In this document: positions 20,548 through 34,860 of the stretch, one piece after another
Numbering within the stretch: position 1 is the first letter of the stretch
Layout of the letters: the number at the start of each line of letters is the position of its first letter
From: Eukaryota sp. GEM-RC1
Taxonomy: Eukaryota
Length of the DNA: 64,000 bases
Assembly (NCBI GenBank): GCA_040285855.1
Contig: JAUFOQ010000001.1
Location: forward strand, 1,550,001-1,614,000
Direction: 5' to 3'
Translations under genes and position numbers: made by a program
The notes under the pieces: model-generated
Database searches by the model: none
Told to the model about the DNA's origin: nothing
What the model saw: the letters and a program-made list of their open reading frames with translations, nothing else

Positions 20548-22375
20548 ATGAAACGCCTTTGTTCTTTAACAAACGATTCTTCTGAAGCTCAAGCCCACAT
20601 TCCTAAAAAGCAAAACGTGGAATGGAGACAGTAACATATCCGAAGATGCCATGACTGAGTTTTCCACCTTGCTGCTCCTGGATAAAGCATTGATGCTGTC
20701 ACCCGAAGCCAAGAAGCTGAAACAATATCCTTCCGAGCAACTTGAACAGATCAAAGAATCCTTAGCCAAGGTGATGATGTACTGCGAGTCTATTCATGGA
20801 AGTAACCAAAAGCTCTTTTCTCTCAGGGTGATACAGTTCATGGTTTACCAGCGGGCAGTCAAGGGAGTTGGTCAACGGAGTCGCCTTGGGTTTTCCTTCC
20901 TCTTCACTCAGCTCTATCCCCGTTTTCCACAAACCTGTACGTCTCTCTTAGATCTGGTGGTGTCCAAATACGGCTCTTTTGCGGATGTTAATCTTCTCTC
21001 TTCCTGGTTTTCTCAGAACAATGACACAGAAGGAATGAAGAAACTGGCCGAATTCTGTGCTAAGCATGTCCAATCTGATCTCCAAAAGCTCCTTGACCCA
21101 GCGGATCCTTCAGCACTTAGCCATGGAGAATTACTTGACGAGTTGAAGAAGTGTATAGACTCACCAAAGGCCAACGTAAGTGTTTCACTCATTGGGAAGT
21201 GGCTACCAAGAAGAGGACATTGTTTTGAGAGCTTTCGGTTTTACGTTATGGATGCTTTATGGAACACCAATTTCTCACAGGAAAAAGCTCAACTCTCGAA
21301 GAAACTTTGCTTTTTCGAAAAACTGTATAGAGTTGTATGTTCTTGCCTCAACAAGCACTTAAAGACCGTCGAAACTTTAATGTGCAGTAAGAACTTTAGC
21401 TCCATTGTTCCTGCTCATGTTCCTGCCGTGGCTCTTACGAAGATGAGGAAAGCATTTCTAAATGAGCTTGTCGAGGAACCAGTGCCTAGTCACATGATCC
21501 AAACAGGAAACAGGCATCCAGAGGACTTGGACAGAGTGACTTGTCGGCAGAACTTCAAGATGTGTGTGGAGAAAGGAGAAGTCAAAGGTTCAGCACAAGA
21601 TGTTCAGTCTCTGTCGAAGTTGATCTTTAACCGCAGACAACAGTCTGAATTGGAACAGCAGCTCATCAATAGCCAATGGCAAGCCATCAGAACTGAATTG
21701 GACGAACTTATTGCTGAAACTGAGAATGGACGCCACGTGCTTCCAGTTATTGATGTTAGTGGATCAATGGAATGTTGTAATGTGATTGACATTGCCATTG
21801 GTCTTGGAGTGTTGTGCTCTCAGTTATCCACAATTCCAAATCACTTCATCACCTTCCATGAGTCTCCTTCTGTGGTTAAGCTTGATCCCAGTGCTGACAT
21901 CTTTTCTGTATTTAACACTGTACAGTCTGCTGACTGGGGAGGAAGCACTAACATGGATGGAACTTGTGATTTGGTTCTGGAGCTGCTGACCAGTAAGAAC
22001 ATCCCAAATGACTATGTGTTCACCATTATGATCCTGACTGATGGTCAGTTCAACCAAATGATCAACGACAACTCAACCTTCTATGATCGAATGAAGAGAA
22101 AGTTCGAAGCTGCTGGTTATCCTCTCCCTCGAATTGTGTTCTGGAATTTGAACTCTAGCTCTCCCGGTTTTCCAGTGCACGGAAAGCAAGAAGGAGTTCA
22201 AATGGTGTCTGGTTATAGCCAAACATTGTTGCAACAGGTACTATCTCAGGATTTTACCTTGGAGACCTTACAATCTCTTACTCCAGAACAGACACTACGA
22301 GATGCATTGGAAGGCTTTGTAGATGTAGAAGAATGTGTCTTGAATGTTGGGGAAGGTATTTTTGATAGTAAATAA
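20548..22375 (+). CDS. DUF2828-like/vWA copy 2 (+1 A at 20605-20609; open from Met 20651)
   Basis: Near-identical to copy 1; frameshift in an A-run near the N-terminus. Confidence 0.8.
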
Positions 22376-23359
22376 ATTTAACCTATCATTTGGTGATTTT
22401 TTCGATTTAATTGTATTTCTGTTTTAGAGTAGTAATTACACTTCATCACAATTCCAAAGATTTCAAACATCAATAGACAGTATATAACAACAAACATGTG
22501 TACAATCATAAACCTTTCGTTAGTAACTATAATAGTAAAGACATAATTTTCAAAAGTGTAATGAACTACAGAGTCAAAAATTCGATAACATAAAACAAGA
22601 CCTATCACTATCAATCACTACCACAGCTCTATTCTCATAAAAGTAATTGCTAGTAAATCAGTGAAGAAGACCATGTGAATTGTTATAAAAACTGCAACAA
22701 AAATACGAATCAACCATACTATGTCATCAAAACGTTTTTTCTTCCTCTTTTTACGATTTTTCCAAAATCATTTAACAATTTCAATGTACTTTTTCCTCAA
22801 TGATATTAAATTGATACATCAAAATGAATGATACAATTTATAGTCAACATGGTTTATGACATTTATTTTATTAACTTTATGATTGTTTGAGATCTATCAA
22901 TATATTTTGGTGTTTGCAAAAAACCTTGTATCCTGTTTGACATCTACAAAAAAAACAGTCGGAACTGATTTGCTAAGCAATTCTTCTACACAGAGCAAAC
23001 GGATTACGATGAAACCACAATGAAGCAAAAAAATTCTCTCATTATAACGGAACAAATCGGAACAATTTTTAAATAGATATACCAGCACGTTGAGGCGCTA
23101 TCACATTACTCTTTTAAATTCATTCATGTTGCTACATCAAATGCAGGTAATAATGGCAGTGTAACCGAGGATTTCTGTGAAATCGTTGGATAATCATGTC
23201 GTGGTCAAAAGAAAATCATATGGTATAAACAAAACTTGCTTCACACCCTTTGTCGATAGATAGATCGCTAAGCTTGTCGGCTATAATTGTCTATCAACTC
23301 AGTAACATCACTTGATGATGAATAACTGATATTTTTGTTGTTTAGCCTTATGATGATTA

Positions 23360-23947
23360 AAAGTCTGTTTGTTTGGTAGTTCCACTGGAAGTGAAGGCAA
23401 TATCTCATTGACTGAAGTTTGAAAAATTACTTGTTCCATAACTAAAATCAATTTCAGACAAAACAGTATTGACAGATCGGCCATTCCATCATTGACTGAC
23501 GTATTGAAAGTTAATGGTACAATAGCCGACATTGAGCTTATTAATCATTTTATTGTGTCCACTCAAGGGGTAATATTAGCTGCTATACTAAATTTTGATT
23601 CATGTATTACCACTATCAGTCTCTATAACAACTATCCTGATAGTAATAGTGTCATCACTTTGGCTGACGTATTGAAAATTTATAATTTTATTACTGCATT
23701 TATTTTAGGTCGTAGTTGAATTGGTCGGGAAGGAATTGAGGGGTTGGTCAAAGTTTTGACAATCAATGGATCTGTTGTAGACATTACTTTCTGTCTCAAC
23801 GCTATTGGTAATGATGGAGCTAGGGCATTGGCTGTAGCTGTGATGGATAATCTAACAACTGCTAGAATTTGTTTGTGTGGTAATCATGTTAATCTTGAAA
23901 AGCTGCGAATGATTTGAGATCTTTCAGGAAATCCTGTTATTGTTTAA
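23360..23947 (+). pseudogene. RI-like LRR pseudogene, unit 3
   Basis: As unit 2. Confidence 0.75.
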
Positions 23948-24722
23948 ATGCTAAGTTTTGATTTTCCGGAAATGTTAAATAACTCGTGGTATATCCCACT
24001 TCAGTAATATCGCCTTGACTACAGTCATTAACTCAATACTTATTGTTCTAATACTCAACCGCTCAAGTTAAAAAATGAACCGAACACATTTTCATTGTAT
24101 TACGTGATTGTATTTTCATGTGTTGTTATTTTACAACTTTAACAACAACACTAAGTCTGTAATGCCGGTTATATCCTAACTTATCACAAGCAAAGGAGAA
24201 AATTAATGTAAGTGACGGCGTTGTGGCGGGTTTTGCTATAGAATGTGTCTAGAACTCTTATGACAGTATGTACGATATCTTTTAAAATAAACATTGTCTA
24301 TGTTTATTTTCACTCCTTGTGTTGCGCTCTGAATTTGAAGCCAAAAATTAAGGAGTTGTGAACGCGTTTATTGCTTATGCACTTAGATAAGAGATCGGTC
24401 GGTGGAGAACCAAGGATCGAACAACATAAGTTTGGTCATAACAGAATTAGTCATAAAACGAGGGGAATCTGCATGTTGACTGTTGGTATTTCCTACTACT
24501 ACAACGAATAGAGATAAGCGTTGTTTGTGAGCACAAGAAAAATTACTCAAAAACAACTTCTGAACTTTCCAGACAAGTGTGTAAGCCACTGAAACTAACA
24601 AACTGTCTTGTAGACGATGGAGCCTACAGAGAAGCAAAGTTTTCATATCAACACAAACACGTCACTTTGAAAACACGTAGTTCTGGGAAGTACAAAATTT
24701 TAATTCTTCAGTACAAATTCTC

Positions 24723-26550
24723 ATGAAACGCCTTTGTTCTTTAACAAACGATTCTTCTGAAGCTCAAGCCCACATTCCTAAAAAGCAAAACGTGGAATGG
24801 AGACAGTAACATATCCGAAGATGCCATGACTGAGTTTTCCACCTTGCTGCTCCTGGATAAAGCATTGATGCTGTCACCCGAAGCCAAGAAGCTGAAACAA
24901 TATCCTTCCGAGCAACTTGAACAGATCAAAGAATCCTTAGCCAAGGTGATGATGTACTGCGAGTCTCTTCATGGAAGTAACCAAAAGCTCTTTTCTCTCA
25001 GGGTGATACAGTTCATGGTTTACCAGCGGGCGGTCAAGGGAGTTGGTCAACGTAGTCGTCTTGGGTTTTCCTTCCTCTTCACTCAGCTCTATCCCCGTTT
25101 TCCACAAACCTGTATGTCTCTCTTAGATCTGGTGGTGTCTAAATACGGCTCTTTTGCGGATGTTAATTGTCTCTCTTCTTGGTTTGCTCAGAACAATGAC
25201 ACAGAAGGAATGAAGAAACTGGCCAAATTCTGTGCTAAGCATGTCCAATCTGATCTCCAAAAGCTCCTTGACCCAGCGGATCCTTTAGCACTTAGCCATG
25301 GAGAATTACTTGACGAGTTGAAGAAGTGTATAGACTCACCAAAGCCCAACGTAAGTGTTTCACTCATTGGGAAGTGGCTACCAAGAAGAGGACATTGCTT
25401 TGAGAGCTTTCGGTTTTACGTTATAGATGCTTTATGGAACACCAATTTCTCACAGGAAAAAGCTCAAAACTCCAAGAAACTTTGCTTTTTCGAGAAACTT
25501 TACAGAGTTGTATGTTCTTGCCTCAACAAGCACTTAAAGACCGTGGAAACTTTAATGTGCAGTAAGAACTTTAGCTCCATTGTTCCTGCTCATGTACCTG
25601 CCGTGGCTCTGACGAAGATGAGGAAAGCATTTCTAAATGAGCTTGTCGAGGAACCAGTGCCTAGTCACATGATCGAAACAGGAAACAGGCATCCAGACGA
25701 CTTGGACAGAGTGACTTGTCGGCAGAACTTCAAGATGTGTGTGGAGAAAGGAGAAGTCAAAGGTTCAGCACAAGATGTTCAGTCTCTGTCGAAGTTGATC
25801 TTTAACCGCAGACAACAGTCTGCATTGGAACAGCAGCTCATCAATAGCCAATGGCAAGCCATCAGAACTGAATTGGACGAACTTATTGCTGAAACTGAGA
25901 ATGGACGCCACGTGCTTCCAGTTATTGATGTTAGTGGATCAATGGAATGTTGTAATGTGATTGACATTGCCATTGGTCTTGGAGTGTTGTGCTCTCAGTT
26001 ATCCACAATTCCAAATCACTTCATCACCTTCCATGAGTCTCCTTCTGTGGTTAAGCTTGATCCCAGTGCTGACATCTTTTCTGTATTTAACACTGTACAG
26101 TCTGCTGACTGGGGAGGAAGCACTAACATGGATGGAACTTGTGATTTGGTTCTGGAGCTGCTGACCAGTAAGAACATCCCAAATGACTATGTGTTCACCA
26201 TTATGATCCTGACTGATGGTCAGTTCAACCAAATGATCAACGACAACTCAACCTTCTATGATCGAATGAAGAGAAAGTTCGAAGCTGCTGGTTATCCTCT
26301 CCCTCGAATTGTGTTCTGGAATTTGAACTCTAGCTCTCCCGGTTTTCCAGTGCACAGAAAGCAAGAAGGAGTTCAAATGGTGTCTGGTTATAGCCAAACA
26401 TTGTTGCAACAGGTACTATCTCAGGATTTTACCTTGGAGACCTTACAATCTCTTACTCCAGAACAGACACTACGAGATGCATTGGAAGGCTTTGTAGATG
26501 TAGAAGAATGTGTCTTGAATGTTGGGGAAGGTATTTTTGATAGTAAATAA
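24723..26550 (+). CDS. DUF2828-like/vWA copy 3 (same +1 A; open from Met 24826)
   Basis: Near-identical to copy 1. Confidence 0.8.
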
Positions 26551-27533
26551 ATTTAACCTATCATTTGGTGATTTTTTCGATTTAATTGTATTTCTGTTTT
26601 AGAGTAGTAATTACACTTCATCACAATTCCAAAGATTTCAAACATCAATAGACAGTATATAACAACAAACATGTGTACAATCATAAACCTTTCGTTAGTA
26701 ACTATAATAGTAAAGACATAATTTTCAAAAGTGTAATGAACTACAGAGTCAAAAATTCGATAACATAAAACAAGACCTATCACTATCAATCACTACCACA
26801 GCTCTATTCTCATAAAAGTAATTGCTAGTAAATCAGTGAAGAAGACCATGTGAATTGTTATAAAAACTGCAACAAAAATACGAATCAACCATACTATGTC
26901 ATCAAAACGTTTTTTCTTCCTCTTTTTACGATTTTTCCAAAATCATTTAACAATTTCAATGTACTTTTTCCTCAATGATATTAAATTGATACATCAAAAT
27001 GAATGATACAATTTATAGTCAACATGGTTTATGACATTTATTTTATTAACTTTATGATTGTTTGAGATCTATCAATATATTTTGGTGTTTGCAAAAACCT
27101 TGTATCCTGTTTGACATCTACAAAAAAAACAGTCGGAACTGATTTGCTAAGCAATTCTTCTACACAGAGCAAACGGATTACGATGAAACCACAATGAAGC
27201 AAAAAAATTCTCTCATTATAACGGAACAAATCGGAACAATTTTTAAATAGATATACCAGCACGTTGAGGCGCTATCACATTACTCTTTTAAATTCATTCA
27301 TGTTGCTACATCAAATGCAGGTAATAATGGCAGTGTAACCGAGGATTTCTGTGATATCGTTGGATAATCATGTCGTGGTCAAAAGAAAATCATATGGTAT
27401 AAACAAAACTTGCTTCACACCCTTTGTCGATAGATAGATCGCTAAGCTTGTCGGCTATAATTGTCTATCAACTCAGTAACATCACTTGATGATGAATAAC
27501 TGATATTTTTGTTGTTTAGCCTTATGATGATTA

Positions 27534-28121
27534 AAAGTCTGTTTGTTTGGTAGTTCCACTGGAAGTGAAGGCAATATCTCATTGACTGAAGTTTGAAAAA
27601 TTACTTGTTCCATAACTAAAATCAATTTCAGACAAAACAGTATTGACAGATCGGCCATTCCATCATTGACTGACGTATTGAAAGTTAATGGTACAATAGC
27701 CGACATTGAGCTTATTAATCATTTTATTGTGTCCACTCAAGGGGTAATATTAGCTGCTATACTAAATTTTGATTCATGTATTACCACTATCAGTCTCTAT
27801 AACAACTATCCTGATAGTAATAGTGTCATCACTTTGGCTGACGTATTGAAAATTTATAATTTTATTACTGCATTTATTTTAGGTCGTAGTTGAATTGGTC
27901 GGGAAGGAATTGAGGGGTTGGTCAAAGTTTTGACAATCAATGGATCTGTTGTAGACATTACTTTCTGTCTCAACGCTATTGGTAATGATGGAGCTAGGGC
28001 ATTGGCTGTAGCTGTGATGGATAATCTAACAACTGCTAGAATTTGTTTGTGTGGTAATCATGTTAATCTTGAAAAGCTGCGAATGATTTGAGATCTTTCA
28101 GGAAATCGTGTTATTGTTTAA
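27534..28121 (+). pseudogene. RI-like LRR pseudogene, unit 4
   Basis: As unit 2. Confidence 0.75.
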
Positions 28122-28896
28122 ATGCTAAGTTTTGATTTTCCGGAAATGTTAAATAACTCGTGGTATATCCCACTTCAGTAATATCGCCTTGACTACAGTC
28201 ATTAACTCAATACTTATTGTTCTAATACTCAACCGCTCAAGTTAAAAAATGAACCGAACACATTTTCATTGTATTACGTGATTGTATTTTCATGTGTTGT
28301 TATTTTACAACTTTAACAACAACACTAAGTCTGTAATGCCGGTTATATCCTAACTTATCACAAGCAAAGGAGAAAATTAATGTAAGTGACGGCGTTGTGG
28401 CGGGTTTTGCTATAGAATGTGTCTAGAACTCTTATGACAGTATGTACGATATCTTTTAAAATAAACATTGTCTATGTTTATTTTCACTCCTTGTGTTGCG
28501 CTCTGAATTTGAAGCCAAAAATTAAGGAGTTGTGAACGCGTTTATTGCTTATGCACTTAGATAAGAGATCGGTCGGTGGAGAACCAAGGATCGAACAACA
28601 TAAGTTTGGTCATAACAGAATTAGTCATAAAACGAGGGGAATCTGCATGTTGACTGTTGGTATTTCCTACTACTACAACGAATAGAGATAAGCGTTGTTT
28701 GTGAGCACAAGAAAAATTACTCAAAAACAACTTCTGAACTTTCCAGACAAGTGTGTAAGCCACTGAAACTAACAAACTGTCTTGTAGACGATGGAGCCTA
28801 CAGAGAAGCAAAGTTTTCATATCAACACAAACACGTCACTTTGAAAACACGTAGTTCTGGGAAGTACAAAATTTTAATTCTTCAGTACAAATTCTC

Positions 28897-30715
28897 ATGA
28901 AACGCCTTTGTTCTTTAACAAACGATTCTTCTGAAGCTCAAGCCCACATTCCTAAAAAGCAAAACGTGGAATGGAGACAGTAACATATCCGAAGATGCCA
29001 TGACTGAGTTTTCCACCTTGCTGCTCCTGGATAAAGCATTGATGCTGTCACCCGAAGCCAAGAAGCTGAAACAATATCCTTCCGAGCAACTTGAACAGAT
29101 CAAAGAATCCTTAGCCAAGGTGATGATGTACTGCGAGTCTCTTCATGGAAGTAACCAAAAGCTCTTTTCTCTCAGGGTGATACAGTTCATGGTTTACCAG
29201 CGGGCGGTCAAGGGAGTTGGTCAACGTAGTCGTCTTGGGTTTTCCTTCCTCTTCACTCAGCTCTATCCCCGTTTTCCACAAACCTGTATGTCTCTCTTAG
29301 ATCTGGTGGTGTCTAAATACGGCTCTTTTGCGGATGTGAATTGTCTCTCTTCTTGGTTTGCTCAGAACAATGACACAGAAGGAATGAAGAAACTGGCCAA
29401 ATTCTGTGCTAAGCATGTCCAATCTGATCTCCAAAAGCTCCTTGACCCAGCGGATCCTTTAGCACTTAGCCATGGAGAATTACTTGACGAGTTGAAGAAG
29501 TGTATAGACTCACCAAAGCCCAACGTAAGTGTTTCACTCATTGGGAAGTGGCTACCAAGAAGAGGACATTGCTTTGAGAGCTTTCGGTTTTACGTTATGG
29601 ATGCTTTATGGAACACCAATTTCTCACAGGAAAAAGCTCAAAACTCCAAGAAACTTTGCTTTTTCGAGAAACTTTACAGAGTTGTATGTTCTTGCCTCAA
29701 CAAGCACTTAAAGACCGTGGAAACTTTAATGTGCAGTAAGAACTTTAGCTCCATTGTTCCTGCTCATGTACCTGCCGTGGCTCTGACGAAGATGAGGAAA
29801 GCATTTCTAAATGAGCTTGTCGAGGAACCAGTGCCTAGTCACATGATCGAAACAGGAAACAGGCATCCAGACGACTTGGACAGAGTGACTTGTCGGCAGA
29901 ACTTCAAGATGTGTGTGGAGAAAGGAGAAGTCAAAGGTTCAGCACAAGATGTTCAGTCTCTGTCGAAGTTGATCTTTAACCGCAGACAACAGTCTGAATT
30001 GGAACAGCAGCTCATCAATAGCCAATGGCAAGCCATCAGAACTGAATTGGACGAACTTATTGCTGAAACTGAGAATGGACGCCACGTGCTTCCAGTTATT
30101 GATGTTAGTGGATCAATGGAATGTTGTAATGTGATTGACATTGCCATTGGTCTTGGAGTGTTGTGCTCTCAGTTATCCACAATTCCAAATCACTTCATCA
30201 CCTTCCATGAGTCTCCTTCTGTGGTTAAGCTTGATCCCAGTGCTGACATCTTTTCTGTATTTAACAGTGTGCGGGCTGCTAAATGGGGAGGAAGCACTAA
30301 CATGGATGGAACTTGTGATTTGGTTCTGGAGCTGCTGACCAGTAACAACATCCCAAATGACTATGTGTTCACCATTATGATCCTTACTGATGGTCAGTTC
30401 AACCAAATGATTAACGACAACTCAACCTTCTATGATCGAATGAAGAGAAAGTTTGAAGCTGCTGGTTATCCTCTCCCTCGAATTGTCTTCTGGAATTTGA
30501 ACTCTAGCTCTCCCGGTTTTCCAGTGCACGGAAAGCAAGAAGGAGTTCAAATGGTGTCTGGTTATAGCCAAACATTGTTGCAACAGGTACTATCTCAGGA
30601 TTTTACCTTGGAGACCGTACAATCTCTTACTCCAGAACAGACACTACGAGATGCATTGGAGAGCTTTTTAGATGTAGAAGAATGCGTCTTGAAGGTTGGG
30701 GGAAGGTATTTTTGA
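28897..30715 (+). CDS. DUF2828-like/vWA copy 4 (+1 A near the start; +1 G changes the last codons)
   Basis: Open 29000-30715; ends KVGGRYF because of a G5 run. Confidence 0.8.
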
Positions 30716-31683
30716 TAGTATATAAATTTATACTATCATTTGGTCATTTTTTCCTTTTAATTTGTATTCCTGTTTTAGAGTACTACTTACACTTCATCAC
30801 AACTCCGCAGATTTCAAACATCAATAGATAGTATGTAATAACAAACATGTGTACAATCATAAACCCTTCGTTAGTAACTATAATAGTAAAGACATAATTT
30901 TTAAAAATGTAATAAATTACAGAGTCAAAAAATGGATAACATAAAACAACACCTATCACTATCATTTACTAGCACAGCTCTATTTTCATAAAAGTGATTG
31001 CTAATAAAGCAGTGAAGAAGAACATGTGAATTGTTATAACAACTGCAACAAAAATACGAATCAACCATACTATGTGATTAAAACGGTTTTTCTTCCTCCT
31101 TTTACGATTCTTCCGAAATCATTTAACAATTTCAATGCACTTTTTCCTGAATCATATTAAATTGATACATCAAAATGAATGATACAATTTATAGTCAACA
31201 TGTTTTAATTGTTTGAGATCTATCAATGATTTTTGGTGTTTGTAAAAAACCTTGTATCTTGTTTAACAACCTACAACAAAACAGTCGGAACTGATTTGCA
31301 AACCAATTCTTCTACACAGAGAAAACGGACTACGATGAAACCACAATGAAGCAAAAAAATTCTCTCATTCTAACAGAACAAATCGCAACAATTTTTAAAT
31401 AACTATACCAGCACGTTGAGGCGCTATCACATAACGTTTAATTTCATTTATGTTGCTACATCAAATGCAGGTAATAATGGGAGTGTAACCGAGGAATTCT
31501 GTGATATTGTTTGATAATCATGTCGTGATCAAAAGAAAATCATATGGTATAAACAAAACTTGCTTCACACCCTTTGCCGATAGATAGATCGCTAAGCTTG
31601 TCGGCTACAATTGTCTATCAACTCAGTAACATCACTTGATGATGAATAACTGATATTTTTGTTGTTTAGCCTTATGATGATTA

Positions 31684-32266
31684 AAAGTCTGTTTGTTTGG
31701 TAGTTCCACCGGAAGTGAAGGCAATATCTCATTGACTGAAGTTTGAAAAATTACTTGTTCCATAACTAAAATCAATTTCAGACAAAACAGTATTGACAGA
31801 TCGGCCATTCCATCATTGACTGACGTATTGAAAGTTAATGGTACAATAGCCGACATTGAGCTTATCAATCATTTTATTGTGTCCACTCAAGGGATAAAAT
31901 TAGCTGTTATACTAAACGTTACTTCATGTATTGCCACTATTAGTCTCTACAACAACTATACTGGTAGTAATGGTGCCATCGCTTTGGCTGACGTATTGGA
32001 AATTAATAATTTTATTACTGCAATTATTTTAGGTCGTAGTTGTATTGGTCGTGACGTAATTGAGGGGTTGATCAAAGTTCTGACAATCAATGGATCTGTT
32101 GTAGACATTACTTTCTGTCTCAACGCTATTGATAATGATGGAGCTAGGGCATTGGCTGTAGCTGTGATGGATAATGACTGCTAGAATTTATTTGTGTGGT
32201 AATCATGTCGATCTTGAAAAGCTGCGAATGATTTGCGATATTTCAGACCATCGTGTTATTGTTTAA
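31684..32266 (+). pseudogene. RI-like LRR pseudogene, unit 5
   Basis: LRR consensus; LTEV*K stop and a small deletion giving MDNDC*. Confidence 0.75.
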
Positions 32267-33039
32267 ATGCTAAGTTTTGATTTTCCGGAAATGTTAAATA
32301 ACTCGTGGTATATCCCACTTCAGTAATATCGCCTTGACTACAGTCATTAACTCAATACTTATTGTTCTAATACTCAACCGCTCAAGTTAAAAAATGAACC
32401 GAACACATTTTCATTGTATTACGTGATTGTATTTTCATGTGTTGTTATTTTACAACTTTAACAACAACACTAAGTCTGTAATGCCGGTTATATCCTAACT
32501 TATCACAAGCAAAGGAGAAAATTAATGTAAGTGACGGCGTTGTGGCGGGTTTTGCTATAGAATGTGTCTAGAACTCTTATGACAGTATGTACGATATCTT
32601 TTAAAATAAACATTGTCTATGTTTATTTTCACTCCTTGTGTTGCGCTCTGAATTTGAAGCCAAAAATTAAGGAGTTGTGAACGCGTTTATTACTTATGCA
32701 CTTAGATAAGAGATCGGTCGGTGGAGAACCAAGGATCGAACAACATATGTTTGGTCATGACAGAATTAGTTATAAACCGAGGGGAATCTGGATGTTGATT
32801 GTTAGTATTTTCCACTACTACAACGAATAAAAATAAGCGTTGTTTGTGAGCACAAGAAAAATTACTCAAAAACAACTTCCTGAACTTTCCAGACAAGTGT
32901 GTAAGCCACTGAAACTATCAAACTGTCTTGTAGGCGATGGAACCTCCAGAGGAGCAAAGTTTTCGTATCAACACAAACACGTCACTTTGAAAACACGTAG
33001 TTCTGGGAAGTACGAAATTTAAATTCTTCAGTACAAATT

Positions 33040-34860
33040 ATGATGAAACGCCTTTGTTCTTTAACAAACGATTCTTCTGAAGCTCAAGCCCACATTCCTA
33101 AAAGCAAAACGTGGAATGGAGACAGTAACATATCCGAAGATGCCATGACTGAGTTTTCCACCTTGCTGCTCCTGGATAAAGCATTGATGCTGTCACCCGA
33201 AGCCAAGAAGCTGAAACAATATCCTTCCGAGCAACTTGAACAGATCAAAGAATCCTTAGCCAAGGTGATGATGTACTGCGAGTCTCTTCATGGAAGTAAC
33301 CAAAAGCTCTTTTCTCTCAGGGTGATACAGTTCATGGTTTACCAGCGGGCGGTCAAGGGAGTTGGTCAACGTAGTCGTCTTGGGTTTTCCTTCCTCTTCA
33401 CTCAGCTCTATCCCCGTTTTCCACAAACCTGTATGTCTCTCTTAGATCTGGTGGTGTCTAAATACGGCTCTTTTGCGGATGTTAATTGTCTCTCTTCTTG
33501 GTTTGCTCAGAACAATGACACAGAAGGAATGAAGAAACTGGCCAAATTCTGTGCTAAGCATGTCCAATCTGATCTCCAAAAGCTCCTTGACCCAGCGGAT
33601 CCTTTAGCACTTAGCCATGGAGAATTACTTGACGAGTTGAAGAAGTGTATAGACTCACCAAAGCCCAACGTAAGTGTTTCACTCATTGGGAAGTGGCTAC
33701 CAAGAAGAGGACATTGCTTTGAGAGCTTTCGGTTTTACGTTATGGATGCTTTATGGAACACCAATTTCTCACAGGAAAAAGCTCAAAACTCCAAGAAACT
33801 TTGCTTTTTCGAGAAACTTTACAGAGTTGTATGTTCTTGCCTCAACAAGCACTTAAAGACCGTGGAAACTTTAATGTGCAGTAAGAACTTTAGCTCCATT
33901 GTTCCTGCTCATGTACCTGCCGTGGCTCTGACGAAGATGAGGAAAGCATTTCTAAATGAGCTTGTCGAGGAACCAGTGCCTAGTCACATGTTCGAAACAG
34001 GAAACAGGCATCCAGACGACTTGGACAGAGTGACTTGTCGGCAGAACTTCAAGATGTGTGTGGAGAAAGGAGAAGTCAAAGGTTCAGCACAAGATGTTCA
34101 GTCTCTGTCGAAGTTGATCTTTAACCGCAGACAACAGTCTGAATTGGAACAGCAGCTCATCAATAGCCAATGGCAAGCCATCAGAACTGAATTGGACGAA
34201 CTTATTGCTGAAACTGAGAATGGACGCCACGTGCTTCCAGTTATTGATGTTAGTGGATCAATGGAATGTTGTAATGTGATTGACATTGCCATTGGTCTTG
34301 GAGTGTTGTGCTCTCAGTTATCCACAATTCCAAATCACTTCATCACCTTCCATGAGTCTCCTTCTGTGGTTAAGCTTGATCCCAGTGCTGACATCTTTTC
34401 TGTATTTAACAGTGTGCGGGCTGCTAAATGGGGAGGAAGCACTAACATGGATGGAACTTGTGATTTGGTTCTGGAGCTGCTGACCAGTAACAACATCCCA
34501 AATGACTATGTGTTCACCATTATGATCCTTACTGATGGTCAGTTCAACCAAATGATTAACGACAACTCAACCTTCTATGATCGAATGAAGAGAAAGTTTG
34601 AAGCTGCTGGTTATCCTCTCCCTCGAATTGTCTTCTGGAATTTGAACTCTAGCTCTCCCGGTTTTCCAGTGCACGGAAAGCAAGAAGGAGTTCAAATGGT
34701 GTCTGGTTATAGCCAAACATTGTTGCAACAGGTACTATCTCAGGATTTTACCTTGGAGACCGTACAATCTCTTACTCCAGAACAGACACTACGAGATGCA
34801 TTGGAGAGCTTTTTAGATGTAGAAGAATGCGTCTTGAAGGTTGGGGGAAGGTATTTTTGA
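33040..34860 (+). CDS. DUF2828-like/vWA copy 5 (606 aa, altered last codons)
   Basis: Full-length ORF; G5 run near the end. Confidence 0.85.
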   Translation: MMKRLCSLTNDSSEAQAHIPKSKTWNGDSNISEDAMTEFSTLLLLDKALMLSPEAKKLKQYPSEQLEQIKESLAKVMMYCESLHGSNQKLFSLRVIQFMVYQRAVKGVGQRSRLGFSFLFTQLYPRFPQTCMSLLDLVVSKYGSFADVNCLSSWFAQNNDTEGMKKLAKFCAKHVQSDLQKLLDPADPLALSHGELLDELKKCIDSPKPNVSVSLIGKWLPRRGHCFESFRFYVMDALWNTNFSQEKAQNSKKLCFFEKLYRVVCSCLNKHLKTVETLMCSKNFSSIVPAHVPAVALTKMRKAFLNELVEEPVPSHMFETGNRHPDDLDRVTCRQNFKMCVEKGEVKGSAQDVQSLSKLIFNRRQQSELEQQLINSQWQAIRTELDELIAETENGRHVLPVIDVSGSMECCNVIDIAIGLGVLCSQLSTIPNHFITFHESPSVVKLDPSADIFSVFNSVRAAKWGGSTNMDGTCDLVLELLTSNNIPNDYVFTIMILTDGQFNQMINDNSTFYDRMKRKFEAAGYPLPRIVFWNLNSSSPGFPVHGKQEGVQMVSGYSQTLLQQVLSQDFTLETVQSLTPEQTLRDALESFLDVEECVLKVGGRYF